Source: a phage. Taken from it: a stretch of 410 nt of DNA. The notes under the pieces were generated by a model. The model searched no databases, was not told the DNA's origin, and saw only the letters and a program-made list of their open reading frames with translations. The stretch lies in sequence record MZ617141.1. The stretch is one strand, 5' to 3'. The position numbers and the translations under genes were made by a program. Shown piece by piece: positions 1-410 of the stretch (within the stretch, counting starts at the first letter, position 1; the number at the start of each line of letters is the position of its first letter).

Positions 1-16
1 CCATTGATACATTGAT
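1..16 (+). repeat. Imperfect 8-bp direct tandem duplication (ccattgat / acattgat, 7 of 8 identical); candidate 8-nt insertion within the capsid coding sequence
   Basis: Seen in sequence: nt 1-8 ccattgat and nt 9-16 acattgat. Removing one unit gives ..cc att gat ggt ctg.. = (T)IDGL, which matches the T7 gp10 ...ITIDGLL... context in a single frame. The window edge prevents seeing whether the repeat extends upstream. Confidence 0.5.
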
Positions 17-410
17 GGTCTGCTGACTGCCGATGTGATGATTTTCGACATTGAAGACGCGATGAACCACTATGACGTGGCTGGCGAGTACTCCAACCAG
101 TTGGGTGAGGCTCTGGCTATCGCTGCTGATGGTGCGGTTCTGGCTGAAATGGCTCTCCTGTGTAACCTCCCGGCTGCATCCAACGAGAACATTGCCGGTC
201 TGGGCACTGCGTCAGTACTTGAAGTTGGTACTAAAGCAGACCTGAACACTCCGGCTAAGCTGGGTGAAGCAATCATCGGTCAACTGACCATTGCTCGCGC
301 GAAGCTGACCTCCAACTACGTTCCTGCTGGCGACCGTTACTTCTACACCACGCCGGACAACTACTCTGCAATCCTCGCGGCTCTCATGCCCAACGCCGCC
401 AACTACGCGA
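8..410 (+). CDS. Major capsid protein, T7 gp10A-like (HK97-fold capsid protein of T7-like podophages); internal fragment, continues past the 3' window edge; 5' continuity with the upstream part of the gene is broken by an in-frame TGA at nt 5-7
   Basis: Seen in sequence: the codon phase starting at nt 2 is open for 134 codons from nt 8 to nt 410 with no stop. Translation contains blocks IDGLLTADV, DIEDAMNHYDV, LGTA, NYVPA-DR-FY, YSAILAALMPNAANYA that I recognise from memory as T7 gene 10 capsid protein (about two-thirds identity overall, one single-residue gap). Codon usage is strongly biased (CTG, GCT, GGT, AAC, TAC, CGT), typical of a highly expressed phage structural gene. Not verified by database search. 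Confidence 0.9.

Noticed and set aside
1-26. Programmed ribosomal frameshift as the explanation for the frame break (T7 gene 10 is known to make 10B by a -1 frameshift)
   Set aside because: The known T7 10A/10B frameshift is at the 3' end of gene 10, far downstream of this region. There is no X XXY YYZ slippery heptamer or obvious stimulatory structure here, and a frameshift about one-third into an essential capsid protein would not make sense as a regulated event. An insertion or sequencing error is more parsimonious.
70-276. Minus-strand ORF of 68 aa (MIASPSLAGVFRSALVPTSSTDAVPRPAMFSLDAAGRLHRRAISARTAPSAAIARASPNWLEYSPATS) from the supplied ORF track
   Set aside because: It lies entirely antisense to the strongly supported capsid CDS. 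It is Ala/Ser/Pro/Arg-rich and low-complexity, as expected from reading the reverse complement of a GCT/CTG-rich codon-biased gene, and has no recognisable homology or upstream ribosome-binding site. The forward capsid frame is probably absent from the track only because it runs off the window edge.
311-407. Repeated 9-mer ccaactacg at nt 311-319 and 399-407 (and aactac again at nt 359-364)
   Set aside because: It is explained by recurrent Asn-Tyr dipeptides (SNYV, DNYS, ANYA) encoded with the same preferred codons AAC TAC; a coding coincidence, not a regulatory repeat.
1-410. Search for T7-type promoter (taatacgactcactata-like), Rho-independent terminator, RNase III hairpin, or CRISPR/RNA gene signatures
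   Set aside because: No match to the T7 promoter consensus, no GC-rich stem followed by a T-run, and no spaced repeats. The window is continuous coding sequence with three-base periodicity throughout.

Overview
The whole 410-nt window lies inside one protein-coding gene on the + strand: an internal fragment of a T7-like (Autographiviridae) phage major capsid protein, the homologue of T7 gene 10 (gp10A). The reading frame (codon phase starting at position 2) is open from nt 8 to the 3' window edge and translates to YIDGLLTADVMIFDIEDAMNHYDVAGEYSNQLGEALAIAADGAVLAEMALLCNLPAASNENIAGLGTASVLEVGTKADLNTPAKLGEAIIGQLTIARAKLTSNYVPAGDRYFYTTPDNYSAILAALMPNAANYA. From memory this matches the T7 gp10A segment '...ITIDGLLTADVLIYDIEDAMNHYDV...NYVPAADRVFYCDPDSYSAILAALMPNAANYA...' at roughly two-thirds identity; I could not run a search. 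GC content is about 55% by hand count (225/410). I see no RNA gene, CRISPR array, mobile element, promoter or terminator, and no evidence of a novel multi-gene system; this is an ordinary phage structural-gene region. The one real anomaly is at the extreme 5' end: all three forward frames hit a TGA within the first 26 nt, and nt 1-16 form an imperfect 8-bp tandem duplication (ccattgat / acattgat) that looks like an 8-nt insertion frameshifting the capsid gene. The only ORF in the supplied track (70..276, minus strand) is an antisense artefact.
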